A stretch of DNA of 64,000 nt from Eledone cirrhosa. Lineage: Eukaryota. Position numbers and translations under genes: made by a program. The DNA is taken from assembly GCA_964016885.1 (NCBI GenBank), contig OZ024743.1:191828001-191892000 (forward strand). The letters are read 5' to 3'. Under the pieces are notes generated by a model, which worked only from the letters and a program-made list of their open reading frames with translations, made no database searches and had not been told where the DNA came from. This document shows, piece after piece, positions 46,801-61,523 of this stretch. Positions within the stretch are counted from its first letter, which is position 1. Every line of letters begins with the position of its first letter.

Positions 46801-48450
46801 GGTGACACTGCTTCCAAAATGACCCCAGGCCACGTACATTTATACTGCCTATTCTAAGTACGGCCATGCTGGATGAGGAAACAGGGTAAGTGAGAAAGGA
46901 TCACTTACCTTGATCGTGTGAGGAAGGGACAGTAGAACCGTCCCTTCGGCTGGTCATGGGTGTCTCCAAGATGATATCGGTATATATCCTTTTGGAGAGT
47001 GAATCCCTGAAATCTCCAACTGCGTTGGGGAATTTTTGCTTTAATTATTTATAGTCTTCCAGTTTAATTTCGACCATTGTAATGTTTTTTGGGGTAATGT
47101 TCTTGGTGTTGGTGGGGTGTGGTAATTTGAGTCTCTAATGCCTCTGTGTTGTATTATATGTTCCATTAATCCTTTGTGTGTGATATTTATGGCTGTGTAC
47201 TTTTTCTTGGGGGGGGGGGGGGGGGGGGATTTTGTTGCTGTTTTCTTGTTGTTGCTTTTGGGTGTGTGTATGCTTTGTTTTGTTTCTGATGTTGGTGTTT
47301 TTGGTGATGCTGGTGGTGGTGTGGTTGTTGTTGGTGGTGATGCTTGTGGTGGTGATGGTGGTGGTGGTGGTGTTGCTGCAAGTCTCACTGCAGTCTTTAC
47401 CCCTCTTTCTTCGCCTTCGCTTTTGGGGGGAGAAGCTGTGGTGTTTTTGCGTTTGTTCTTTTTATTGACAACCGTTTTACACTTCTCAGCCGCTTCATAC
47501 CCCATGTCTGACTGTGAGAGGTCGGGCAGGGGTATGAGTTCTACCCTCTCATTTGTCTTTGTTGTTGTTGGTGGTGGTGGTGGTGGTGGAGCCTGGTCTG
47601 CCCTTCTTGGCACAGGTGCAGCTAGTGCAACTGTTTCTGTTGCTGCAGTTGCCGGACGCTGTTTTTGTTGTCCGTGGCTTTGGTGTGAGTGCCACGGACG
47701 TTGTCTTCCTACTCTCTGTAGAAGCTCCTGACTTTTTCGCTGACTGCTCTGTTTCTGATGGCAGCGGTTCCGGCAGTAGCATATTTCTTGCCACAGGTGA
47801 TGTGGGCTTTCCGTACCCACAGAGTTCCCAAGGCCTTCCGGATTTGGGTCTCCATGGCTCTCTCCACACGACGCGATTTCGTGCGGTATGATACTGTGCG
47901 TCACTCTTGTCCCTCCAGGAAGTCGGTTGGTCGTTTCAAGGACACTGAAAATTCAGTTCTGGTTACCATGTGTCTTGCGACCGCCATCTCCTCCACTGTC
48001 ATCAGGACTGTTTCTACGTTGCGAGCCACCTTTGTAAAAGAGATGGTCCCTTTTTCTGTGGCGTTATTGTTGCCGCCGCTACTGCTGCTACTGGTCTTGT
48101 TGTTATTGGTGCTGTTGTTGTTGCTACTGCTACAAACGGTGTTGCTGTTGCTGCTACTACTACTACTGCTACCACAGGTGTTATTGTTAATACTGCCGCT
48201 TTGTTGTCAAATGCATCAGCAGCAACCGCTTCTCGACCGCCGCTTGATGAAGAAGAGAAAGAAATGGCCTTTGCCTGACTTTCACGATGTGACGATGAAG
48301 AAGATGAAAAGGAAAGCGAGACTCCACGCTGACAGCTGGGTGAAGAAAGACAAGGTTGAGAAGGATACCTTGCTGAAGGAGTAATTTTTGTGGAGACATG
48401 GTAGAAAAATAGATTTTTTGAATGACGCCATTTTTCTTGGGGGGGGGCGT
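43810..48450 (-). mobile_element. Near full-length degenerate L1/Tx1-like LINE
   Basis: ORF1 remnants 46905-48450; ORF2 from ATG 46867 with EN, KSPGLDGLP, FRPITLLN, RQGCPLS, ACADD, GGLGMP and C-terminal FKFHLKRKIR; many stops and frameshifts. Confidence 0.92.
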
Positions 48451-48659
48451 ATTTGCTAAATGCAAAGTTCAAATTGGAATTTAGCCCCGAAGGACTAAAT
48501 ACCGATTAATTTCGACCACCTCAAGAGAAGCGGGGTGTGTTTAAACACAAAACAATATAATTTTTTACAATAAGTTCGCAATAAAAACTGTTCAAAAATC
48601 ACAAACTTACGGGAACAAAATTTCCTGCGACCTGTATACTTCCACAATAATAATAATAA

Positions 48660-49585
48660 TGTTTCCTTTATTAACCACAAGGGTTAACACAAAGTAAAAC
48701 ATTAAGGACAATACAGGACGGTACAAGTGAGCATTTCTGCGTGTAAAAAACAAAAACAAAGGGTGTAACAAAAAAAATAAAATGAAAAATTCCCCGATAG
48801 GGGGGAGACTTCCGGGGGACATTCGTGAAGAAAGCCCATTAAAAAAGCCACGGTGACCCTGGCCACCAGGGCAACTGACCTCTCCCAGATTTCCACCTTC
48901 AATTTACAGACGCATACTCAGAGTAGGCCCATTCACTCGGGCCATACTTGCCTCTCTCACCCATCTTTCAACAACATGCTGGGGAGAGAGTACTTCCCTC
49001 TCTACCCTGATTTTCCTTTTCAAATGAAATTTGAAAAAGTTAATCAGGGCATCACCGAAGAGGTAAGTGTTCGTCTTCAGCCCTTTCAAACGTGTCCACC
49101 ATACTATCTCTTTCGCCTTGGCCACCAGACAGATAAAAACTGCTTGCCCTTCCCGGCTAAAGGAAGAGGGCGGAGCAATCCTCACGATGGACTCAGCTGA
49201 TAGCTGGATCCGTCCTACACGCGACAGCAGGTGTTCGACATAAACCCACAAGTCAGCAATGCTCGGACACTGGACGAGTGCATCCAGGACGGTTTCGTCG
49301 CCCTGCGCGCATCTCGAACATGCCCGGCTGACGGCACCTCCATGTCTGTAGAGTTTATCCCGAACTGGCAAAGCTCCTCGGTAGCACTGACAGGTCAGGG
49401 ATATCTGGAAGTTGTTCATAGGCCCCGGCCAGAAAGTTCTCCCAAACAGATTGGCTAGTTGATTTTCGTCGACGCCCAGTGTCTCCCCAAGTACGTCGTC
49501 GCTCTTCCCCTCCACTAATCCTCTATAGAACGCATCGGTGGAGTTTCCACCGATGGCATTGCCATACTGGTCGACGGCTGTGAAG
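48660..49585 (-). mobile_element. 5'-truncated copy of the same LINE; ORF2 C-terminus open at 48904-49585
   Basis: CYRGALPVRDKLYRHG..CSRC..ETV.DAL.QC; AATAAA + (TTA)n end. Confidence 0.9.
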
Positions 49586-50849
49586 ACATTCCAGAATAAT
49601 AACAATAATAAATTTATCCAGCAATAAATGCTGCAAGATTAACAAAGGAAACTATAACCGATAATGATCAAATACAAGTATTTCAAGGCACTCAAACTGA
49701 CATATATATCAAAGCTAACCATTCAAATACGTGCCTAATTATTCGATGCTTATTTCCTTGCTATTTATAAATTATGTACCATATGATATTGAACTCGATT
49801 TTATAGTTTGCTATTCTGAGCTGGTCATGCCAGTTAGCATGCTCACAGATACATATTTCTGATCAAAATATTGATTCACCAAATAGCTTTGATCTCGTTC
49901 TCATCTCCAAATTTAGCTTTTACTCAACCATAAATATTTCGGCACTCACCTAAACCACCTGACTAATGTTTAATCAAGGCAAAATATCTCATACAAACCT
50001 ACCAATCCAAATACCTCAGTTTACTCTGATATTTTGAACTCCAGCACTGCCATGCTGCCTAAACTGGACTGGCCTATCTGAGATAGGAAAGTGGTTAACT
50101 GAAACCATCGATTTAAACATTTCTCCCTCAACTAAAACACATTATCTTTGTAAGCCCTAATTAGTTTAATCACAACTATACTTTAGCTATGCAAGGAAAT
50201 AAAATCTAGAGGAAGACACCAACCTTAAAGTTGTTTACCCATCACCACACCGATATTTGTAATCAGCCATAAGGAAAAAAACAGGTGACTTAATGCACCG
50301 CAGATCTACAAGTTCTTTCACCTTCACAATTGCAATTGAGCTTTCTAAGATACTCTCCAGAATTCTTCTAGCAGTAACTTTTCAGTCACTATAACTCTGT
50401 AATAGCCTTTTTTTATATAATTGTTTCTACTTTTAGGCACAAGGCCAGCAATTACCCAGTACATTACTGGTACTTTATTTTATCGACCCCGTAAGGATGA
50501 AAGGTAAAGCCTTTTTTTATATAATGCCACCAAATTTACTGGCTAGTTTTCTTCCAACTCTATATTCACACACATTAATTTCCTCCCAAACTTCCGTCTC
50601 ACAACCACGTACATTGAGTCACCACATCCAGAAAATATCAAAAGTATATGGTTACAACAGAGTTCCTTCAACTACTCTCACACGGTACACTCTAGTGTCA
50701 GTTTTTATTCTTAAATAAAGTATTCAATCTTTCGTTTCTCATTTTAAAAATGAAATACGCTAGAATGTGCTTCATTCTCATTTACAGAACTTTCTCTCTG
50801 CTACCATGAATATCCTTACTAGGTCCGTGACCAAGTCCATAAGTGCTTT

Positions 50850-51198
50850 ATAAAATAAGATGCTCAAGGTGGCCTCCAGTGTCAGCTGGATGCAGAAAGT
50901 GACCAATGAGCAACATTATGGTGGGCTTTTTTATTTGACCAACAAAACAAAAAGATGACTGTAGCTTATCAAGTACTGTTTGAGACACCCTCCAATTAAG
51001 TCATTATCTGTAAACTGATCCATAGAAAGATAAAACGTGGATGTCATTCAAAACCCATAATCAAGTTCCTAATATGGGACAGTGATGGTGTGACTGCTAA
51101 CTAAATTAGAACATTTACGATTGAACGAGACATGTGAACGTCCGTCATATTGCCCGAGACTTATGCAAACTATCGTCGGTAGATGATGCGGATGATGT
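50850..51198 (+). mobile_element. Old RTE-like LINE 3' relic
   Basis: KMLKVASSVSWMQKVTNEQHYGGL resembles RTE RMLR..L..SW....TN..LYG.L; GATGAT tail. Confidence 0.5.
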
Positions 51199-51203
51199 AA
51201 CAC

Positions 51204-51700
51204 CTAGTAACAACCGCAAACAACAACCATCTTCCTCACCTTGATTCTCTCCTTCCTCAATGACGACCAATACATTTCTTTAGAGTAAGGTATATAAAAA
51301 TCGTGGTATCCTACCTCATACTCTGTTGGTCTTTCGCCATTGAGAACATCGGCGAAAGCAATGCTATTGTCCCTGAAACAATGATAATTAACTTTCACCA
51401 CTTCTGCCATAAAATAGTTTAGCCAAATTCCTTCTCATAAGCCGCATTTGTCTTTTATTTCTTGTATAGCAGATTTCTTGTTAGATCACTCAATAGATTG
51501 TCATGATTGATGTACCCCTACATTTGGTAATATCTCCTGCACTCTTTCTTCTGAGCATTGATAACGTTTTCAGTAACTATTCCAACAACAGGCACTCTTT
51601 TGTAGATAACATCGCCCTTAACATGTGTCATCCATACAGAGCCTGAACACTTCCAGCTAAACCAGCACTACTTCCATGAACAGTTATCACTAGAATTTTC
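51204..51700 (-). mobile_element. Old RTE-like RT relic
   Basis: SVQALYG, NVGVHQ and EVV....FRD motifs in broken frames. Confidence 0.45.
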
Positions 51701-51949
51701 TCTAATCGTAACTTGCTAACCTAATTATCTTCGGAACAACCAATATACTAGTACAAATGCACTTTCCAAGCAGAAGATAACGATATATCTGGATAAATTT
51801 CATTTGTATTGATGTAGCCAAAGTATTTTTTTTTTTTCATTTTAGTTCGTATAAAAATCGTAAATTTTCGAAATCTTGAACTTAGTTGGAAGGCGGTTTA
51901 TACAAATATCATTTTAACATAAGAGACAACTAATGCTCTGTAACAAGAA

Positions 51950-52135
51950 CAAGGTCACACTTTTGGGGGTAAGGGAACAATTGAATATATCGACTCCAGT
52001 ACTTAACTGGAGTTTATGTTATCATCCTTGAAAGGATGAAATCGATCACAAAGGAAGTTGAACTGAATTTGAAAATAGACGCAACGAAATCCTGCCAAAC
52101 ATTATGTCTGATAATCGTATGATTATGCCATCAAT
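51950..52135 (-). mobile_element. Degenerate SINE
   Basis: TCGACTCCAGTACTTAACTGG..GAAAGGATGAAA. Confidence 0.6.
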
Positions 52136-53896
52136 CACTCGTCTTTTTTATACTAATAACGTCAAAAAATAAAGAATTATAGATGGCTAAAGCAATATAT
52201 TTTCGAACACCAAACTGCATAAATAGAAGGAAATGGTAAATTAAGAGAATTATGTTACACTGTTCAGGTAGGCTTTCATTTTTTTTTTTTTTTTTTTTTA
52301 CATTTAGTCTAGGTGAAATATATATGCAAGATCTATATTTATTGGTGAAATCGACACGAACAAAGTTCTTTGATTATACGTATTTTGTTTTCCTTTTGTG
52401 AATAATCAATAAATGTTTTGCATATGCAAAGTAGATTAAGTGCAGCTTTAATGTTTTCCAAAGAGCAACATAAAATAATTATCTCTTTATATAGGTCAGG
52501 AAAGTTTTAGAAGTGAAAAATGCACGATCATAATAAATGATGCTTTTAATCGATGAAGGATAAAAAAAAATTACCTGTCAAATGTTTAGATCGATCTAAT
52601 CGATTGATACTTCCACCAAAACTTTCGGCCTTGTGCCTCAGTTGAAAATTATTATTATTTATAATAATATCATGGCCGTGTGTGTATGTTAGACGGATGG
52701 AGGAGGAGACAAAAGAAAAGAGAAACAGAACAGTGTTTATCGGAGGGAAAATAGTAACGTTGGGAGGCAGAAGAAAAAGAAGGCTATTTATTTACAGTAA
52801 ATTACGCGTTTGGGGTAAAAGGGACTGAAGAGAACAAAGCGTATTTATCGACGGGAAAGTGGTACCAGTGAGAGTGTACACTAGTTACTAAAATCAAATG
52901 CACATCAGACCTTCCAACCTCTAAAAATCCAAACGGGGACTACCATGAAAATAAAGTGCTCCAAAACGAAGAGAAATGAGGAAATATAGGAAGATTTTGC
53001 ATAATGAAAGCTATACCCATTTTCACAAGAGAAAACATCTCTCACCCATCCCAAAGTGTGTGGGAGATCTCCCCGTCAGACGGTGAGAGTTGATAGATCT
53101 GACACATACATGCGCATACATATGATATTCTGAAAACTGTAGTTGCTATTAAAGTGATGGCATTATCGGTAGATATCTTAACTATAATAAAGTATTTGTT
53201 AATGGAGATAGCGGTGTTGATTGTGGTAAGGAGTGGAAGACGAATACTTAGTCGTTTTTTATTGAACTAATTTTTACTTTATGTTAACAATTATTAATTG
53301 GGTTTAATGCAATTAACTGAAGCCTGTAAAACTGAACATTTTACAAGCAACCAGCTTTCAAGTTACATTATTTTATTCAATGACAATTAATAAAACGCAG
53401 GATCTAACATTTAATAATGTAGGATTTACATACCATAACAATTATCCAGTTATATGATACATTCTCTAGATCTATGAAATTAACTGGCGTTTGAGCTGTT
53501 CTTGTTGTTGTTTTTTTTTTGGGGGGGGGGGGGGCTAATTAATAGCAATAGACAAGGAAAACCAAGAGAACAAAGTGTCACTAAAAATATTGTATTTAAG
53601 GAAATGTTAAATTAAGGAATTAAAATGTTGATGATAATCGCATAATGATTCAAATAACAAAATGAAGCAATAATTATAGTGATATAACAATGTAATAATG
53701 TAATGTCATTAGTTATTAGGTGTTGAGAGGAAATAAATTTATTTAATTTACCTTATCACCTGTTCCATTCACTGCTAATAAATTACTACAACTAAATTGT
53801 CTGATTATACAAATTATATGTTATAGTAATTAATGTCATCGTTTTCAAGACAGCAGTGTTTCCACGGGTCTAGGGAGTTATTATTATTACCATTAT

Positions 53897-54125
53897 TACT
53901 GGGATAATTGCTGGCCTTGTGCCAAAAGTAGAAACAATTATTACCATTATTATTACTGTTGTTATTGGCTGTATCGGTAGAGCGTCGGAAAATATGCTTT
54001 GCGGCATTGGGTAACAGCCCTTTACGTTATGAGTTCAAAACACGCCGAGATTTGCTTTGCCTTTCATCCTTACGGAGTTGGGGTCGATAACATAAAGCAC
54101 CAGTAATGCACTGGTGTCGATTTAA
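53897..54125 (+). mobile_element. SINE 3' tail followed by a SINE body
   Basis: GGCCTTGTGCCAAAAGTAGAAAC at ~53912; A/B boxes and core at 53966-54120; minus-strand tail at 54445-54530. Confidence 0.75.
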
Positions 54126-54539
54126 TTATTGTTGTAGGTGACGGTGGCCTTGTTGTCTGTAGTTGTGGTAGTGGTAACAGTTGTGACATTCGTGATGATG
54201 GAGGTGGTAACGTCACTGTCAACTTTTGTATTAGCACTGAAGTCACTATCACGTGATATATAGCTCGAATATTTCCTCCATTACAAAATATTATAGAGTC
54301 TCCCTTCTTGAGGGCAAAGACTTATGTCTCATGTCCCCTTGGAACAACATTTATTTAACAAATAATGATTTAAACAACTTAAAACATCAAACTTGCTGGA
54401 ACTCACAATTACATATCTTCATACGTTAGTTGTCAATAATAATAATAATTGTTTTTACTTTAAGCACAAGGCCAGACATTTTGGGGGATGGGAAAGTCGA
54501 AAAATCGACCCCAGTGCGTAACTGGTACTTAAGAGCTTT

Positions 54540-55045
54540 TTTACCTCAACAGAAGACGGGAGCCAATACCAGGACCTCAACAGACACAACAACAGCAATT
54601 GCGGCACCAACAACACTAGTAACAACAGCAACGACAGCACCATGACAAACAAGAACAAACTCCAACAAAACCACTCTGGGGTCCATCAAGAAAGCTCTCC
54701 CTCTCCTTCTCTCTCTCTTAACCTGCTCTTATCATACACTCAGACGCACAAACACATAAACATACTTGCATCCCCACCATTATCAGATACATGCACTTCT
54801 TCTTCCAGTGACGGAGAAGAGGAAACACATACACCATAAAAAATAGAAAAGGCCCACCACACAAAACGTCAGACAACACACCCATTTCAGAAAACACAAA
54901 ACACAACCCCACAACAAATAAAAACACGTCCGAAACAACATCACTTCTACCACCACTCCAACAAGTTACACAACCACCATCAATCCTACCACAAGCACAA
55001 ACAAATGAAAACACACGAACACACAAAATCAACAACAAACAACAC
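54540..55045 (+). mobile_element. Relic of L1/Tx1-like ORF1
   Basis: C/A-rich Thr/Pro/Gln-coding composition and layout similar to 90-700. Confidence 0.5.
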
Positions 55046-55739
55046 TACAGGCAGAAAACCATTATCATCAACTGGGAAAAACACAGATAAATAATAGATT
55101 GGAAATGCACGCAGCAGACTGGTTGCTATAATGACTTCAAGCATGCGTGTTTCAGTTACATAGGTCAGTTAAGGAAAAACACATCGATCATTCGTTTTAT
55201 TTTGAAGTGTTTCAGCACCAAATTTGAAAAGAGGGTAATAACCCTGCACTATCATGTTGAAATATACTGGGTAAAACATTACTTTGTTTTGTTTTATTTG
55301 TCATCATTTACCTCTTTGTACATTTCTACCGCATTGTAGCAGCCTTTTGAAACTTATCGGTTTTGTATTATATATGTTTTGCCGTTCACCTTTACACGCC
55401 GAGATATGGTTTGACTGAGGGGAGTTTCATAAATCAATGTGTCGTTGATTTCCACTGGATAATTTTCCATGTAGTGCATCATCTTATAGCAATACAATAT
55501 GAAGTGGTGGATTTAAACATATCACTTTGGGATAACGGAACGTAAGTCAAGTTTACAGTTTACACGGTTTGGAATTATACCATCTCATGCTACACACTTG
55601 CCACTAAATTCACAAAAACGGTTGAGAATTAACTATCTTTGACATTAACACGGTGTAGGATCAGTGACAACATGCTGATAATTTGGTTTCTAATCCAACA
55701 ATATATTTCGATCAGACAATACCGCAGTTACCGCAATTA

Positions 55740-56135
55740 TTATAGACTTAGAAGCCTTTACGCAGTCATGCGATGTTCTAGAAATAACAGCTAGAAATCC
55801 ATCAAACGATGCTCTACTGTCCTAGAAAAGGAAGTACACGTTAGATAATGTAGTCGTAAATATACTAAGCTTAAATACGAAATAGGTCATCATGACTGGA
55901 ACATGCTTGATCCTAGGTCAGCACGATCGTGGCTTACCTGGGGTAATCAACAACAGCAACAACTGCGTCGTTGACTATAAATGTGGCAAAATCGTTTGAA
56001 CATCGGGTAGACTGTTTTGCGGTATTCGTTTAGGTTATCTGCACCCTGAGTTTAAATCTTGCCGAGGCCAATTTCACCTTTCATCCTTTCAAGGTCAATA
56101 AATAAATAAAAACAGTTCAGTACTAGGGTCGATGT
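55740..56135 (+). mobile_element. Degenerate SINE-type repeats
   Basis: 55983-56133 matches the SINE family; 55760-55950 has CTAGAAATAACAGC, also seen inverted at ~7922-7938. Confidence 0.55.
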
Positions 56136-57859
56136 TTCCTCTATATTTTCCTCACTTCCTCTCTCTCTCTCTCTATCTTTCTCTAGAAGAAATCGGTTGT
56201 GTTCAAACCAGGACAGGTGATGGGATCCATCAGGTTAAAAATGTTACACTATTCCCCTACAACTGCACCGGGTGTTACGGATCCATACATAGATACATCG
56301 TACTGTTTTAAAAATAAGAATCAGTAAGCTATTTCTTTATTGGTTTTATTTCACGGTGCAGGACGTGATTTCTCGTGACTGGGAATTTCAATCCCAGGTT
56401 ATTATCTTTTAGGAGCAGGGGAGCTATATCAGTTTAAAAGTTTAAATAGTGGAAACTGAACGAAATGATTTTATAAACGAAAATTTCAAATTTGATTCAA
56501 AATATCTTTTTTAAAAATATCAAAAATCAATTTTTTAAATAATTTGAATAATTTTCCAGCTTTCCAATTGTTTTTATTTGTTTTATTCAATTATCTCAGC
56601 AACAAATGTTATCAAAATTAATATCTCGACTTGCAAAACAAAACTTTAAAAAAAAACATGTAATTCTAAATTGCCATCTCTTCCATGTGAGAGAGTGCGA
56701 GATAAAACTATAAAGAGAGGCAGCAATAAACAATAAACGGATAATACTTATATATATAAAAATACAGAGAGAGAGTGTGTGTGGATGAGAAGCAGAAACA
56801 GAGAGACAGGGGAGGGAGACGAAGAGAAATTTTACCGCTGACCCAGACATTTTTCGCTTCGAGATAATCATTTTTGTTTAGAAGGAAGAAATGTCCTTCA
56901 TTGATTTTTGTTTGCTCTTGTATCATATCTGATCGTATTCCAATAAACATATTGCAGATGCCCAAAGAAATTTGCAATTTATTTTCGTTTACTACTTCCT
57001 TCCTTCTTTTAGATACTTTTCGTTGTTTTTGTTGCTGTAGTTATTTTACTTTTTGATAAAAAAGAAAATATGGTTTCTTGCACATTCTCTATTTCAACAC
57101 TATTTCTTATGATAACTATAATTTCAACCATATACTCTCACCTATTTAAAACGATACAATTTTATTTTCACCGTTAACGATAATCTTTATTTGAAGATGG
57201 ACGTGGTAGAGGTTAAGTATTGTTTCGCAAAAGGGTAACATTTGCTGAAAGAATTCTTCAAGCCGATTTCGATTCTTGTTTAAGCCAGTTCACTTAACTT
57301 TTATCTTTAATGAGTAAAAGAAAATGCATAGAAATCATTTAGATTTCATTTTGTTCTCTTGTGAGAGTTTTGGTTAAAGCTAAACATTGAACTGAAACAA
57401 CAAATTGGCTTGATGGCTAATCAGTGAAACGGAATAATGCAGTTAAATGGAGTAATGAGAGAGAATGAATTTTTTAGTCTTGAAGCTACAAAGGTTCTTA
57501 TGAATTTTATTTCAATTTCTTTTTTTATCATCGTAGCGAAAACGTAAAAATTTTAAACACTCCCTCACACAAATCAATTTTGATTCTGCTGATTCTGTTT
57601 AAAATGGCTAAATCTGTCCATGTTTAAACTCATTACATTTCCAACATCGGAACTTCCATCTTGAGATTATAGATCTGCACTTAGAATGTTTCTCAGAGCA
57701 TGTTGCTTTTATGAAGAATCTGCCGTTACCCATATATATTTCACTCTTCCCTATATCACTGATATTATACAAGGATAAGGCAGAACCGATGCAGCTTGGC
57801 ACCATTTTCATTACAGACGTTATTCTAAGAACACCAAGTGCCAAGACAGATGCCTCAAG

Positions 57860-58520
57860 ATATTTCGTCCGACGCTATAACAATTCTACCAATCCACTGC
57901 CCTGGACTTGCACCATATTTATGGAACCTGAAAGGATGGGATTTAAATTAAGACCTCAAAGAGTCAAAACGGAACCAGCAACACATTCCATTCGGAGTTT
58001 TAACAACTCTGCTAATTCATTGTCTTCACCAGTATAAGAACAATTTGTGTATGGAAAAAATAGTCAGGGCGTGATTTCCTGAAATATCTACTCTTTAGCT
58101 AGCTTTTAACTTATACTAACATTGAAACAAGACCAGCCATTTGGAGGAAGGGGAAAGTAGATTATATCGACCCAGTAAATTGGTACTTTATTTTATCGAA
58201 ACCGGAAGGATGAAAAGCAAAGTTGATCTCGGTGGGATTTTAACTCGGAACGTAGAAAATCGTAACTAAATATTGCAAAGCATTTTTTCCGACGTTCTTC
58301 CGATACTGCCAATCCACCGGCTTCACTACCTCTTAACTATTTTAATCTAGACATTGGAGTGACAAAAAGGAAAACGTGTGGGATTCAATGCTTTGTGAGA
58401 TTCAGTTTCATTCATTTAAGTTCTAAGTTCATCTCCTGTTTGAATTATTTATTATATTGCCATTCATTTCTCCTGGGTCGATGAAATAAGTATTAATTAT
58501 GTACTGGGATTGAGTCAATC
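57860..58520. mobile_element. Cluster of three SINE copies (minus ~57870-58020, minus 58125-58322, plus ~58370-58520)
   Basis: TCGACCCAGT..GGAAGGATGAAAAGCAAAGTTGATCTCGGTGGGATTT and related motifs. Confidence 0.7.
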
Positions 58521-60089
58521 AATTATAATTGCCTCTACAATATTACTGCATGTATTTAAAAGAATAATTGTCAAAATAAAGAATATACCACTGCCATTAT
58601 AAAATCCTTTTTAGCCATCAACTGAATTATTATTTCATGAATCTTAGGTTTTGAATACTTTGCACATTTAGACAGTAATGGACCATGAGGATTTGGTCAA
58701 CACAAAAAATCGTCATCATTTCTCCAACTACCACCATAACTATTATCACCTTCGTCGTCTCCATTGCAGTGAATATTAATATTTTATTCCTGATTGCTAA
58801 GAGAAACTACTATTACAAGAATATAAAATATAATATAGCCAAGACCCACGTCCTGGATATAGAAAAAAAATGATTACCGTGGATATAAAGAAATGAGAAA
58901 TAATTCACGCGGCATTAAGTTCTTATGAGCAATTTATGATAGACATCGGTGAAAGAAAAATAACTCTGTGTGCATCATGCACACCCATTATCTAGCCGAG
59001 ACATTAAAGTATTTTCAATAGATTTGATGTTGTTGTTTCTGTTGGTGATGTTGACAGATGGGGATTGGTTGTGATTCTTATATTAGAGCTGACAGTATTA
59101 TTATTATTATTATCTGTGTATATATTTATTTTTTTGTGTTGCATAACATAAAACATACATAGCATTTAGAATTAAGAGGATCATTTTTGACATTTGACTC
59201 ACCAAAATTCGTTGAGTAAACTCCGTTCATAAATAATACAATTGTTGATTGTTGTTTATTTTTAAGATAACTGGGACGGAAATGTGAATTTTGGCAGTAG
59301 ATCAAGCATGCCAAAATTCCCAAGGTAAAAAGAGAAACCTGTAAAGCCATAAAACTACTATCAGCCGAAAATTATTCTCACGAAAGTTAATGGAGAAACG
59401 AAGATAGTTTTAGGAAAGAGAAGAAAAAATATTTTTGACAGCATTTTTACTTCTTTATTTGTGATATCCATTTTTCTTCTAGTCATTCACATTCGAAAAA
59501 GGAAAAGAGATTTAAAACAAAAACAAATTTCTGAGCGATACTCAAATATAGGAATATATAAACTTTTCCAGTTGATTTAGTTGATGTTTTTTCAGTGAAT
59601 CTCTACTTCTTTAATTCAACTGATCGGAAAGAGGAAATGTTGACCAAGTATACAGGAAAGTTGTTGTTGTTGTTATTATTATTATTATTAATATTATTAT
59701 AGAAAAGTTTGACGTTGATTGTTAAGTTCTTTGAAGCTTCCTATAAAATGAGCATTCAGAATTATAAGCAACGAGATGAAAAAGAGATAAAAATTCAGTA
59801 AGAATTAACGTATACGAATACATCGCGGTTTCTTTGATTTGCAAGGCAATCACACATACATACATATCGAACATACAACCTCAAGATTGCAAATCCAATT
59901 CTCTAACCACTAATCCACGTGCCTGTAGGTAGATAAATAGACAGATATGTAGGTAGATATATAAACGGTTGGGTAGATAGATATACAGTTGGGTAGATAA
60001 ATACTTAGATGGGTATATAATAGATATGTTTCTTTATTAGATAGGTATATAGGCAGATTGATAAACAGATAGATAGTTGAACAGAGATA

Positions 60090-60545
60090 GATGAATGTTA
60101 GTGCCTGTATTGTCCGAAGATTGATAGATACATCCTCAATATTTACAAACCAGTCTACATTATATCGGCTTCCTAAACATACAAGGTTTTCATAGTATGT
60201 CCACACACTACCACGTGTATAGGGCTTTTCATAAGCCGAACAATAAACTAAAATATATTAGTAGACGCTCTTGCCACTCACTCGTGGTCTTCAAAAATTT
60301 AGTACCCAATATATGTAAGAAGATCTCGAGCCATTCCTTCTGTAAAGATATATTTGACAAGACAGCCCGCTACTGGAACAATTCTTTAGCAAACAACAAG
60401 TTTAAAAAGAAAATTATCTACCTCCCTAACAGCCAATTTGCATACGCCCATAACAGACTGAGAAAAAACTTTGGATTACACCCAACATTTTTCCAGTGGA
60501 GGCAAATATCTTCCTAGCTCTACTGAATAAGCACCCCTTGATTGG
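60090..60545 (+). pseudogene. PLE RT thumb/linker relic
   Basis: YRAFHKPNNKLKYISRRSCHSLVVFKNLVPNICKKISSHS..IFDKTARYWNNSL aligns with FKPYHKPNENLRYIHKESCHPPIVFNNLIPNISRRIS at ~22000. Confidence 0.8.
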
Positions 60546-60761
60546 CCATTAAATTATACATTACTAGCATACTCGCCACACTTCAGAATGTTCTTGATTT
60601 GGACCTGAAACATGACCACTTGACCAAGCATGAAACGTGGAATTCTTCGTATTTGACACAGGGGTTACCTGAAAGTAGAGTTGCGTTCTAATTTAAATGT
60701 TTTATGTCTTTCAGTGTATCCATTACAAAATGAATATGTGACTTATGATATATAAACCTTT

Positions 60762-60915
60762 TTATTCGTCTTCTTCGTCCACTTATTCCTGAGATGGTTC
60801 TGGGAGCAGAGTCCTGAAACACTCCTTCCAGCGGGTCCTGTCAGAAGCAACCCTCTCCAGCTGCTCCGGCTGGATCCCCAAATATGACCAGCCAAGTTTA
60901 TGGATGTTATAAACC
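60762..60915 (-). mobile_element. 3' end of an RTE (Expander-like) LINE
   Basis: IHKLGWSYLGIQPEQLERVASDRTRWKECFRTLLPEPSQE* then a GAAGAAGAC tail. Confidence 0.7.
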
Positions 60916-60998
60916 TAACTAACAAATATCATGATTCCAATTCCAACGATAAAGCCAACGTGACTCCTAGCTATGTCTAAAAAAATAAATACAGACAC

Positions 60999-61035
<37 letters not shown>

Positions 61036-61300
61036 TCATATATTGAGTTAGAAACTCAAAATAGTCTTTTACAATTAAATAGCTCAAGGAAGGGAATCTT
61101 TCCGAGACGTGTAATACAATTGAATATATGAGAGGGATGAACACCGATACAAGTATACATGTGTCCGAATTGAAAATGACCAAATTAGCTAGGTTGAAAA
61201 ATACTAATTTAAAACAATATGGTTTGCCTGTCTCGATTTAAAGTAATAAATCAATAAAAATAACAAACCTATATTGGGCAAACCCTATTGTTTTAAATTA

Positions 61301-61360
<60 letters not shown>

Positions 61361-61523
61361 GCTCCGCCAGGCTCAAATGCATGTAACGCCGTATGTCAAT
61401 ACGGTGCCACTAAGACTCGATCAGGAGTTACGGGACCAAAGAAGATGCATATACATATGTATGTATGTATGGAAAACGGAAACAGAAATACCAAAGTTTA
61501 ACGCTTGAAATAATAGAAAAATA

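Noticed and set aside
51204-51410. ORF ending MVVVCGCY, resembling a TGF-beta/cystine-knot C-terminus
   Set aside because: Other knot cysteines are absent, and upstream frames show RTE RT relic motifs.
57608-57844. CWKCNEFKH as a gag zinc knuckle
   Set aside because: Final Cys missing and no other LTR-retrotransposon features nearby.
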